From NCBI GenBank assembly GCA_964508365.1, contig CAZDTP010000061.1:1-20521 (forward strand): 20,521 nucleotides of DNA, given 5' to 3'. Under the pieces are notes generated by a model. That model did not search any database, was not told the DNA's origin, and saw only the letters and a program-made list of their open reading frames with translations. This DNA is from an uncultured archaeon (lineage in GTDB: Archaea; Asgardarchaeota; Lokiarchaeia; Sigyniarchaeales; SOKP01). Made by a program: the position numbers and the translations under genes. Below, in pieces: positions 7,425 to 15,460 of this stretch. Position 1 is the stretch's first letter; the number at the start of each line of letters is the position of its first letter.

Positions 7425-7865
7425 ATGATGATAAAAGACCTTCAAAATATATTCAATAAGATCACTCTTAAGGATATCGATTCTTTAAATGATATCGTTG
7501 ATAGTAAAATCTTCCTCGATTTTAATTCATATTATCCCAATCTTAAAGAAGTTTTAGCATTTGGATCCTTTCAACGTGCGACCTTTAATCAAAATGTAGA
7601 AATTTCACCCAATCTCATATCCTTCTGGATTTTTTTAACTGAGGAAATACTTAAGCGATCCCAAGAAGATACTAAGGCACCCTGGAATGTTTACATTCTT
7701 GGAATTAAAAATTGGTTCTCTATTCCATCTAAAGCACTTATTAAAATCAACATACCTCTCATTCGCAACTTAATAAGTAATGCCAAACCAGAATACAATA
7801 AAATTATCAATGAATATTTTCTAAATTTGGATTTAAGTCAAATAGAAGAAGAATTTGCAGATTAA
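7425..7865 (+). CDS. Hypothetical protein, possibly the 3' part of a 5'-truncated gene
   Basis: 146-aa ORF with no recognised motif. The frame stays open upstream across the repeat junction back to 7206. Confidence 0.5.
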   Translation: MMIKDLQNIFNKITLKDIDSLNDIVDSKIFLDFNSYYPNLKEVLAFGSFQRATFNQNVEISPNLISFWIFLTEEILKRSQEDTKAPWNVYILGIKNWFSIPSKALIKINIPLIRNLISNAKPEYNKIINEYFLNLDLSQIEEEFAD

Positions 7866-8034
7866 TTTTCTTTCTTGATTTCAGTTCTCTCCACAATCCA
7901 ATCCTCCTCAAGTTAATTGCTTGAAGTATATGAAAAATTAAAATGAATTTTTTAGATATATAGAAAGAAATAGTCCAATTACTTATTGAACTGGCTTTTA
8001 GGTATAAACATAGAAAATATTAAAAGCTTATAGA

Positions 8035-8058
8035 TATAAATATTTATATAAATATTTA
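8035..8058. promoter_or_regulatory. Tandem palindromic 12-mer (TATAAATATTTA x2), candidate vapBC promoter/operator
   Basis: 8035-8046 equals 8047-8058, and 8034-8049 ATATAAATATTTATAT is a perfect palindrome. It lies 18-41 nt upstream of ATG 8076. The all-A/T composition lowers significance. Confidence 0.4.
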
Positions 8059-8075
8059 TGTTAAAGGTTAAAAAT

Positions 8076-8330
8076 ATGACTTCAAAAATGATTTCAATTC
8101 GAGATGATATATATAAAAACCTGAAGAAATTAAAAGGTCCGAATGAAAGTTTTTCAGAATTAATTGAACGGTTAATTGCAAATCAACAGAAAAACCCCTT
8201 AAAACATTTTGGTATAGCAAAAAGTCTTTCGGATAATGTTTTAGATGAATTTGAAACAGCTATTAAGGAAGGAAAAAAGAAAGATGCTATTATTTCTTCA
8301 TTAAAGTTCTCAGAAACCTGGGGAGATTAA
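8076..8330 (+). CDS. vapB: VapB-type antitoxin (archaeal DUF217/VAPB_antitox-like)
   Basis: MTSKMISIRDDIYKNLKKLKGPNESFSELIERLI is the characteristic N-terminus. It sits 2 nt before a PIN-domain gene. The ORF track start at 8058 lies inside the operator-like repeat. Confidence 0.85.
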   Translation: MTSKMISIRDDIYKNLKKLKGPNESFSELIERLIANQQKNPLKHFGIAKSLSDNVLDEFETAIKEGKKKDAIISSLKFSETWGD

Positions 8331-8332
8331 TT

Positions 8333-8746
8333 GTGATCATCGTGGATACAACGGTTATTATTGATATTTGGCGTGGTAGATCTAATGTAAAATCTGTTTT
8401 AAAGCTCTATTCTGATCAAACTACATGCATCTCTGCTGTTTCTATTGCTGAAATTTATGATGGCTTAGGATATACAAAAGAAAAAAGAAGTGAGAAAATT
8501 TATGTTCAAATCAGAGACCAAATAGAAAAATTGCTATCTGAATTTCATGTAATTCCCCTAAATTCACAAATTCTTAAGGAATCAGGAAGTTTAAAAGGAT
8601 CCTTAAGAGCAAAAGGAATTATACTAGATTTAGCGGATTGTATAATCGGCACAACAGCAAAGCTTTTTAATGCGGAAAAATTGATAACAAGGAATATTCG
8701 CCACTTTCAAGATTTTGGGTTGATAATAGAATCTTATGAAATATAA
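8333..8746 (+). CDS. vapC: VapC PIN-domain ribonuclease toxin
   Basis: IIVDTTVIID, SIAEIYDG, DLADCIIGTTA and LITRNIRHF give the PIN acidic motif pattern. 137 aa, GTG start. Confidence 0.92.
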   Translation: MIIVDTTVIIDIWRGRSNVKSVLKLYSDQTTCISAVSIAEIYDGLGYTKEKRSEKIYVQIRDQIEKLLSEFHVIPLNSQILKESGSLKGSLRAKGIILDLADCIIGTTAKLFNAEKLITRNIRHFQDFGLIIESYEI

Positions 8747-8892
8747 CCATGATTAGACATTTCTTGCTAAGAAGGAGTGAATTTTCAATAGTAAATAATA
8801 ACCTTTCTTTTGATTTTAATTAGAATTCATCATTATAATAAAATAGTAAATCAAATATGGTAGTAATTAAACAATATGAGATTTAAATAAAG

Positions 8893-9114
8893 ATGACTCA
8901 AAAATTATACTGGGACGATCCTTATGCTGTAGATTTCACCGCTAAGGTAGTTTCGAAGCAAAATGGAGGAATAATATTAGATAGGACACTTTTTTTTCCA
9001 TCAAGTGGAAACCAAGCAAGTGATAAAGGATTTTTGCAGTATGGTGAAGATCAATCATCAGTGGATGCGGTTGATCATCATGACAAGATAATCTTCACCT
9101 TCTTTGTTTTTTAA
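8893..9114 (+). pseudogene. alaX: Truncated AlaX / alanyl-tRNA editing protein (N-terminal part only)
   Basis: MTQKLYWDDPY..FTAKVV..IILDRTLFFPSSGNQASDKG matches the AlaX N-terminus. The HxxxH and CxxxH zinc-binding editing motifs are absent. The last ~11 codons come from the antisense strand of the GH31 fragment. Confidence 0.8.
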
Positions 9115-9501
9115 ACAGAATCCTTTTTTAGATGCTTCTTTATATAGAGTACCTTCAATAGCGAGCATTGTATTGATGTATCCTAGAAATTTTATTCCTT
9201 TTTTATTCAATCTTTTTATATAATTTGGGAGATCGGGGTAAATTTTTTCATCAAATTTCCAATCCCAGAATAACTGCTTACCGAATGAGGTAAATCGAAT
9301 ACCTTGCCAATCTTGACACCATACTGCTGATACTTTTAGTTTATGCTGTAATGCTTTTTTTATTTTTTTATCAACTATATCAGGACCTCCTTGAATCCCT
9401 AACCAAATTCCATCATATATCCACCCTGCTGGTTTTGGCTGTAGTCCAAGGAAAAAGTTTAGATTTTTGACTACTTCTAAAAAATCATTTTGATTATAAA
9501 A
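9058..9501 (-). pseudogene. yihQ: Internal fragment of a GH31 YihQ-like alpha-glucosidase/sulfoquinovosidase
   Basis: Start-less 147-aa frame, absent from the ORF track: LGLQPKPAGWIYDGIWLGIQGG...VSAVWCQDWQGIRFTSFGKQLFWDWKFDEKIYPDL...GIKFLGYIN...KNKEGEDYLV. It closely parallels E. coli YihQ as I recall it (LGRQPELPDWIYDGVTLGIQGG...WAQDWSGIRMTSFGKRVMWNWKW...DYLV). A probable frameshift near 9500 would extend it to about 9530. Confidence 0.85.
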
Positions 9502-9659
9502 TTATTACCGATAAAGATACTCTGGCTAAACCTGAATATATTATATAAAAACTATATACGTGTGTGTATTATCACACGAACTATATCATAAAGAAATAAT
9601 TTCAATGATTTTCGAAAAATTTTTTGTATTTGCATCTTTTTCTTTTTTAAAGGTATGAC

Positions 9660-10796
9660 ATGTCAGAAAAAGTCGAAGAAAGAATAGCAGAATTAGAAGA
9701 AAGATTGGCTTCCACTAAGGTAAACAAGGCGACGCAAAAAAGTATAAATACAATTAAATCACAATTGGCCAAGCTCCGCGAAGATTTGATTCGCATTGCC
9801 AGTTCTAAAAAGGGTGGAGGTGGTGGTTTCCATATTAAAAGAACAGGAGATGCTCAAGTGGCGTTCATTGGATTTCCCTCAGTTGGGAAATCTTCTTTAT
9901 TAAATTTGCTAACTGAAGGGAATACTCATTCTAAAGTTGCAGCATATGATTTTACTACTGTTACAGCCATACCTGGTATGATGAATATCGAAGATGCTAA
10001 AATCCAGCTTATTGATTTACCGGGAATAATTTTGGGTGCTGCCGCTGGTAAAGGGCGAGGAAAGGAAGTATTAGCAGCAGTACGTTCGGCTGAGTTAGTG
10101 TTAATTATAATCTGTTTTCTTCCTGATGGGACTATTAATCTTTCTGATTTGGAAACTATTAGAATGGAATTGAATAACGCAGGAATCCGGTTAAATACAA
10201 AACCACCTAAAATAGTTATTAAAGAGCGTACACGTGGAGGAATTCATTTTACTTATAAAGGTCACCAACTCATGGATACAGATGAAGTTAAATCTCTAAT
10301 GAATGAATTAAAAGTTCGGAACGCGGGAGTTTATTTCTCTGAACCAGATATTACTCCCGATCAATTAATAGATTTCATATTTGGAAATCGTATATATACA
10401 AGAGAATTTGTAGTAATTAATAAATTAGATTTAATGAAAGAGGAAATTTCGGATGAGAGTATCACTGAAGCAATTGGTCATGAACACTGGGTCATGATCT
10501 CAGCTAAAAATAAAGAAAATATTGATACTCTTAAGCATTATATCTTCAAAGAACTGAATTTAATACGAGTTTTTTTGAAACCACCAAGAGAAGACGCTGA
10601 TATGACTGAACCAATAATTCTCCACCAAGGTGATACCCTTGAAAATCTCTGTCGAAAAATTCACAAACGATTCATAACCGATTATCGCTACTCGTTAGTA
10701 TGGGGTAAATCTGCTAAACACCCTGGTCAAAAATATGATAACCTAGATCATGTAATTGAGGATGGCGACATAATTTCGATTTATCTAAAGCGATAA
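9660..10796 (+). CDS. drg: DRG/Rbg-family (OBG superfamily) GTPase with C-terminal TGS domain
   Basis: KRTGDAQVAFIGFPSVGKSS, YDFTT, DLPGII.GAA.GKGRGKEVL and NKLD. TGS-like C-terminus VWGKSAKHPGQK...HVIEDGDIISI. Confidence 0.95.
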   Translation: MSEKVEERIAELEERLASTKVNKATQKSINTIKSQLAKLREDLIRIASSKKGGGGGFHIKRTGDAQVAFIGFPSVGKSSLLNLLTEGNTHSKVAAYDFTTVTAIPGMMNIEDAKIQLIDLPGIILGAAAGKGRGKEVLAAVRSAELVLIIICFLPDGTINLSDLETIRMELNNAGIRLNTKPPKIVIKERTRGGIHFTYKGHQLMDTDEVKSLMNELKVRNAGVYFSEPDITPDQLIDFIFGNRIYTREFVVINKLDLMKEEISDESITEAIGHEHWVMISAKNKENIDTLKHYIFKELNLIRVFLKPPREDADMTEPIILHQGDTLENLCRKIHKRFITDYRYSLVWGKSAKHPGQKYDNLDHVIEDGDIISIYLKR

Positions 10797-10821
10797 TTTT
10801 TTAACAAAGAATCTATAAAAC

Positions 10822-11460
10822 CTAAGTGTAAAAAATCCTATATAATTCATCATAAATCTCCGCAAGTTTGGAGATTCTATATGGATCGTTTTCTTGTAAT
10901 GAATGAAGGAGATAAGAATTTAATCCTTGAGGATTTTTAATCCAATCCAAAAAACCTTCCACTTCCGCCTTAAGATATGGATCAACTGAGGGTTGCGCTA
11001 ATCTACTGCTTATATCAATCAAATTGTTGTCATCGGAAGCATCTACTTCAGTCTCAATAAATTGTGATTTTGATCCGTCTCTCATCATTGCTGCTGCCCT
11101 TGCTATAGCTGGATATGCCATATGCATCCATCCCTTTGCTTTTGGTTTGATGTGAGCTATAAGATACATATCAGTTCCAGGTATGGATGAACCAACTAAG
11201 TGTCCTTTTTTCTGTCTGTTAGTAGCTATAAATCTTTCTGGTTCCATTTGAAGAACGGAATATCTTATGCCACTCATATTCACAAACTGAGCTTTAGCGC
11301 TTCCCCAAATAGCTAATACTCCTTTAAGATCTTTCGATACATTCCAGCTGCCAGTTAAGTGAAAAACTTTTGCTTTATTATTAAACACAACTACTTCCGT
11401 AGCGTCTGAATAATGTTTTTGTAAGTTTTTTACGATTGACTTATAATTTACTATGACCAT
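10822..11460 (-). CDS. Asgard profilin-like protein with a C-terminal extension
   Basis: Residues 1-127 follow the Loki-profilin pattern as I recall it (T..WNVSKDL, GIRYSVL...ERFIATN..KKGHLV...IP...YLIAHIKPKA). This is followed by an acidic linker and a ~55-aa helical-looking tail. Confidence 0.75.
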   Translation of the reverse strand: MVIVNYKSIVKNLQKHYSDATEVVVFNNKAKVFHLTGSWNVSKDLKGVLAIWGSAKAQFVNMSGIRYSVLQMEPERFIATNRQKKGHLVGSSIPGTDMYLIAHIKPKAKGWMHMAYPAIARAAAMMRDGSKSQFIETEVDASDDNNLIDISSRLAQPSVDPYLKAEVEGFLDWIKNPQGLNSYLLHSLQENDPYRISKLAEIYDELYRIFYT

Positions 11461-11468
11461 ACACCAAT

Positions 11469-12848
11469 TTAAGATGATTGTCTTTTGTTCATTAAATTAA
11501 TCCATTTTTCGATTTGTTCTACTAATTCGAATTTCTCGTTAGAGCTTAATCCTACATTCGGTTCTACGCGTTGATAAAGGTTAACACATCTACTCATTTC
11601 CCATAAAACATTAGAATGTAAAACCATACTTTTAATGTAATCTCGAGCAATTTCAATTGATCTCCCTATGGACCTAATATCATAATCCTGATTTACTATA
11701 TTTTTTATAGCAAGAAGAATATCTAAAGAATTACTCGTTGGAAGAGTTGGGAGTGGTTTTAACTCGACAGTAGGTCGTTTCATGGTTCTAATCTTGAATT
11801 CCTCCTGTTCCCCCCTAAATTCCTCAACTCTAATAATTTCTTTATCAGCTTCTTTTGGTTGATATAATTTACTTGTTGCTTGAACTACCGACCTTTCCAA
11901 CTCATCCTTTGTTCTTCTCCTAAAAATTTCCGGCCAATTGACAAAAGAATGCATCCTTGGTTCAGCAGAGAGAAATATTGATTCCTTTGGCATTTTTTTA
12001 TTTGATCTCTCAACTTTTTGAATATTAGGAGAACTTATTTCTGATCTAAACCTTAAAGCAGCATTTACTAATATTGAGAACAAATACATTGGATCATAAT
12101 CTATCGTAGAATAAACCCTTTTAAGGTTTAATACTAATTCTTCAATGTACTGTAAATTCTGGTGTGAAAAATTTTGCTCTAAATGCTTTTTAGAGTCAAA
12201 TGTAATTCCGTTTAATCCTGCCGTTGGGCTTAAGAAATTAGTTTTCATTTCATAGTCCATTTCGGAAGAAATTAAGATTTGATTATAAGAATCCCGATGT
12301 GTACTCAAGAAGATTGGTCCTGTTTTGTCTACTTGAAAGGATTGTGGATTTCTCAATGTTTCCATAAACTCTAAGATAATATCCTTATAAGGAATGAATA
12401 GATTTCTCATAAGCGTTCCTTGAATAAACGTACGCTTGGTTTCAGATTTAAAGGATAAATCTATGGGTAACATAAAGAGATTCTCGCTTACGATTATGTC
12501 ACGATCGTTTTCTAAAGTTACATTTTTTGAGGTCGAAAGATAATCGTAAACGAAATCTGAAAGTATTAAACCCGTTAATTGTCGATTATCAGTAATATAT
12601 CTTCCACTTTCAAGTTCAAATTGATTGTAATAATATCCTAGACCAAAGAGATAATATAGAGTCCCCTCTTCTATTTGAACAGAACAGTCAGCACCACTGA
12701 AAAAAACAACAAGGTCATGAGATATTTTCGACACATTGTGGTTAGAATATTGACCTAAGGTGGGATAACCGAGTAAATGTCCCCAACTAGGTATAACAAA
12801 AAAAGTATAACTTTCCAATATATTAGGGTCCGTTTTAGGAGTGGCCAT
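11469..12848 (-). CDS. Hypothetical protein (459 aa), probably co-transcribed with the profilin-like gene
   Basis: Long intact ORF ending 8 nt before the profilin-like start. No family recognised. A short Pro-rich linker precedes a ~85-aa helical C-terminal region. Confidence 0.85.
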   Translation of the reverse strand: MATPKTDPNILESYTFFVIPSWGHLLGYPTLGQYSNHNVSKISHDLVVFFSGADCSVQIEEGTLYYLFGLGYYYNQFELESGRYITDNRQLTGLILSDFVYDYLSTSKNVTLENDRDIIVSENLFMLPIDLSFKSETKRTFIQGTLMRNLFIPYKDIILEFMETLRNPQSFQVDKTGPIFLSTHRDSYNQILISSEMDYEMKTNFLSPTAGLNGITFDSKKHLEQNFSHQNLQYIEELVLNLKRVYSTIDYDPMYLFSILVNAALRFRSEISSPNIQKVERSNKKMPKESIFLSAEPRMHSFVNWPEIFRRRTKDELERSVVQATSKLYQPKEADKEIIRVEEFRGEQEEFKIRTMKRPTVELKPLPTLPTSNSLDILLAIKNIVNQDYDIRSIGRSIEIARDYIKSMVLHSNVLWEMSRCVNLYQRVEPNVGLSSNEKFELVEQIEKWINLMNKRQSS

Positions 12849-13011
12849 ACAGAATGCTATTTCATGTTTTTAATTACGATCCTATTAAAATAGTATAAAA
12901 ATCAATAGGGTATTAATTTCTTCATACTAATCTGGATATACTACTTATTATATAATTACAATAAGTATATTTAAGTTTCTATTGGACACTCAATTAATAG
13001 ACTTAACTTTA

Positions 13012-13044
13012 ATTTATTTTTACTTTTATCTCTTCTTTTAAAAT
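13012..13044 (+). repeat. Third, partial copy of the 5' part of the 344-bp repeat (33 bp, 1 mismatch)
   Basis: ATTTATTTTTACTTTTATCTCTTCTTTTAAAAT versus ATTTATTTTTACTTTTATCTCTTTTTTTAAAAT at 3583-3615 and 7063-7095. Each copy is preceded by GACT(A/T)AACTT. Confidence 0.7.
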
Positions 13045-13118
13045 CTGTTTATAGTACTACTATATACGGTTTTCTAGAACTGAATCTTCGTTATTAATGG
13101 AATGAGTCTTACTAATGA

Positions 13119-13613
13119 TTACTTAAATGGATTTGGTAACCACTTTCCCACTTTTTGTTTGTATTCTAAAAATGGTTCACCGAACATGTTTTCAAGAATT
13201 TTTTCTTCAAAGTTTACCATCCTGTTATAAACCAAAAAGACTGGAATAAAAAAACCAATGCTAATTAACGAAATCGATAGAAAGATAAATGCCACATAGA
13301 TTAATAATATTCCAAAATACATTGGATTTCTCGTATATCTAAGAATTCCGTTCGTAATCAAAGAATTAGGTGGTTGGTGTGATTTAAATAATGCACGATG
13401 AGATAGTGAAATAAAAGTTAGAGCGATAGCTAGAACCACTAAAAAAAGTATTAACCGAATTACAAATAGAACATAGTCGTTAAAAAATATTGAAATTCGA
13501 AAAACGATTGAATCTAAAAACCAAATTAAGGAAAATCCTACTGGCAATATAGCATGATAAATATGCGCGTTTGGAAATTCTCTTTCATGACCTTCATGTC
13601 TTTTTATACTCAT
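13119..13613 (-). CDS. Isoprenylcysteine carboxyl methyltransferase / PEMT-like membrane methyltransferase family
   Basis: Hydrophobic TM segments, LITNGILRYTRNPMYFG and a terminal FEEKILENMFGEPFLEYKQKVGKWLP motif. Confidence 0.85.
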   Translation of the reverse strand: MSIKRHEGHEREFPNAHIYHAILPVGFSLIWFLDSIVFRISIFFNDYVLFVIRLILFLVVLAIALTFISLSHRALFKSHQPPNSLITNGILRYTRNPMYFGILLIYVAFIFLSISLISIGFFIPVFLVYNRMVNFEEKILENMFGEPFLEYKQKVGKWLPNPFK

Positions 13614-13707
13614 TTTAAACCAACTTTTTTATGTATTTTTATGTTTCTAATTTTATTTTTTTTATTTATTTTTTCTGGGGTTCAATTTTTCACATAATCT
13701 CATAATT

Positions 13708-14346
13708 CTATTTTTTTATATCTTCACTTATATTTTTCTGAAAAATTATATTATGACATCCCGATAATACCCCTCTTTTAGGGCTTTCTCTATAAATAAT
13801 TTCAAATTTATCTCTTTTTAAAAAATTTGTTATATCATCAATTGTATAAACACCGTATTTTTGCACGATGTGCTTAAAAATTCTAATAGAAGATGCGAAC
13901 TTACCGATTGTCGCAATTCTCCTTGAATACGCAAGATCAGAAAAAATTAAAAGCCCCTCTATTTTTAGCACGCGATTTATTTCTTTCAAAGCCTTACCCC
14001 AATCGTTTATATGATGCATAACCCATAGTAATAAGACTATATCGAATTTTTTATTCTCAAATGGAAGTTTTGTAGCATTTGCACTAATAAATTTTAAATT
14101 CTCATTCTCCTTATTATATTTTTTTGCTATTTCAATTTGCTCTGGATCTACATCTGTCCCAATAACATCCATCCTATACACAGAGTTTAAATGTGCGGAA
14201 ACTACTCCAACGCCACATCCAATTTCCAATACTTTATTCATTTTGCTTAAATCGAAAGCATTAAATAAACGCCCGATAAGTTCTAAATTCTTCTGAGCAT
14301 GTCGTTTGTTATTAACAAACTTTTTTTCTACATTACTCATTTTCAT
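13708..14346 (-). CDS. Class I SAM-dependent methyltransferase (Methyltransf_11/UbiE-like)
   Basis: VLEIGCGVG, IGTDVD, ANATKLPFENKKFDIV, WVMHHI and KEINRVLKIEG. Alternative ATG at 14340. Confidence 0.9.
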   Translation of the reverse strand: MKMSNVEKKFVNNKRHAQKNLELIGRLFNAFDLSKMNKVLEIGCGVGVVSAHLNSVYRMDVIGTDVDPEQIEIAKKYNKENENLKFISANATKLPFENKKFDIVLLLWVMHHINDWGKALKEINRVLKIEGLLIFSDLAYSRRIATIGKFASSIRIFKHIVQKYGVYTIDDITNFLKRDKFEIIYRESPKRGVLSGCHNIIFQKNISEDIKK

Positions 14347-14591
14347 TTCTTACTCACCAATTATGCTTAAATTAAAATCTCATGATTCTAATTATTCAAT
14401 ACTTAATAGCGCTTTTTTTTTCAGCAATATTTATTGTTATAAAATAAATCCTTCACGCTAGCACGAGTACCCATTTTTTTTGATTTCTATAAAAAATTTT
14501 ATTTTATTTTACTAATAATATTCGTGTAGTCCGATTTTTGTCTTTTTTTTTCTATAACATTCATTAAATTAATTGATGGACTCCCATAATG

Positions 14592-14611
14592 ATTTCAATG
14601 ATAATTGAAAT
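14592..14611. promoter_or_regulatory. 8-4-8 inverted repeat, candidate transcription-factor site
   Basis: ATTTCAAT-GATA-ATTGAAAT, about 40 nt upstream of ATG 14652 in a divergent intergenic region. Confidence 0.3.
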
Positions 14612-14651
14612 AATGATCATAAGTATCTAAATTTAAAATTCGAAAGTGAAA

Positions 14652-15398
14652 ATGTCAAATATAGATGTTAAAAAAAATTTTCAAGATTTTGGAAAAAATA
14701 TACAAATAGTAGCAATTCTGACTGTTTTAAGCATAGCAACTGGAATTACTGGATTTATCGCTTTGATTTTCATCCTAATTTCTCTAGGTAATATTAAAAA
14801 GATAAACCTTCAGTTAAACAATGCTTCTTTAGAAGAATTCCGTTCGAAATATATTAGAGGATTTATTATGGGAGTAGTAGGGATTACTATTTTAGCTACT
14901 GGAGGTGTGAATCTTGCATTTTATTTCTTTTTCATGCCTTTCTTTATTCCTGGCTGGGTCATGCTTTCGATAGCAATCATTCTCTTGTCCGCTGGTTTAA
15001 TCCTCATTTTTGTCGGTTTGGCTTCAGAAATTAAAGCTTGGAAAAATCTGAAGGCTTTCTTTGAAAACAATAGCAATTTATTCCCAAGTAACTTATCCAG
15101 CGAATTAATTGATGGTTGTGATAAATTAAAGAAGGGTACAATATTGAGCGCATTCGGATTCTTGATAATTCCGGGAATCATAGGTTTTATATTTCAAGTT
15201 ATTGGGTTCTTTAAACTAGCAAAACTAGACACATTAAGTACTTTTGACGCCCCAAAAGAATCAGAACTAGTAGAACATGCTTATGTTCCTAAAGCAGTGA
15301 GTGATTTTGAAATTTCTATTAATTTTTGTCCAAATTGTGGAGCTAGATTATCTGGTATAGGAAAATTCTGTGCTTTATGCGGTTCAGAAATCAATTAA
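14652..15398 (+). CDS. DUF973-like membrane protein with C-terminal double zinc ribbon
   Basis: Several TM segments (e.g. IIGFIFQVIGFFKLAKL) and terminal FCPNCGARLSGIGKFCALCGSEI. ATG at 14652; the ORF track uses GTG 14646. Confidence 0.75.
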   Translation: MSNIDVKKNFQDFGKNIQIVAILTVLSIATGITGFIALIFILISLGNIKKINLQLNNASLEEFRSKYIRGFIMGVVGITILATGGVNLAFYFFFMPFFIPGWVMLSIAIILLSAGLILIFVGLASEIKAWKNLKAFFENNSNLFPSNLSSELIDGCDKLKKGTILSAFGFLIIPGIIGFIFQVIGFFKLAKLDTLSTFDAPKESELVEHAYVPKAVSDFEISINFCPNCGARLSGIGKFCALCGSEIN

Positions 15399-15460
15399 TT
15401 ACCTTTTTTTTTGTTTTTATTATTTTTACTTTTAGTGACCTCTCTCTCCCTCGGTTATAC

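Noticed and set aside
9559-13064. Short palindromes at 7003-7017 (just left of this span), 9559-9578, 12943-12966 and 13050-13064
   Set aside because: 6-7-bp arms are expected by chance in DNA this AT-rich, and they share no consensus.
14921-15181. Minus-strand 86-aa ORF
   Set aside because: Shadow of the DUF973-like gene.
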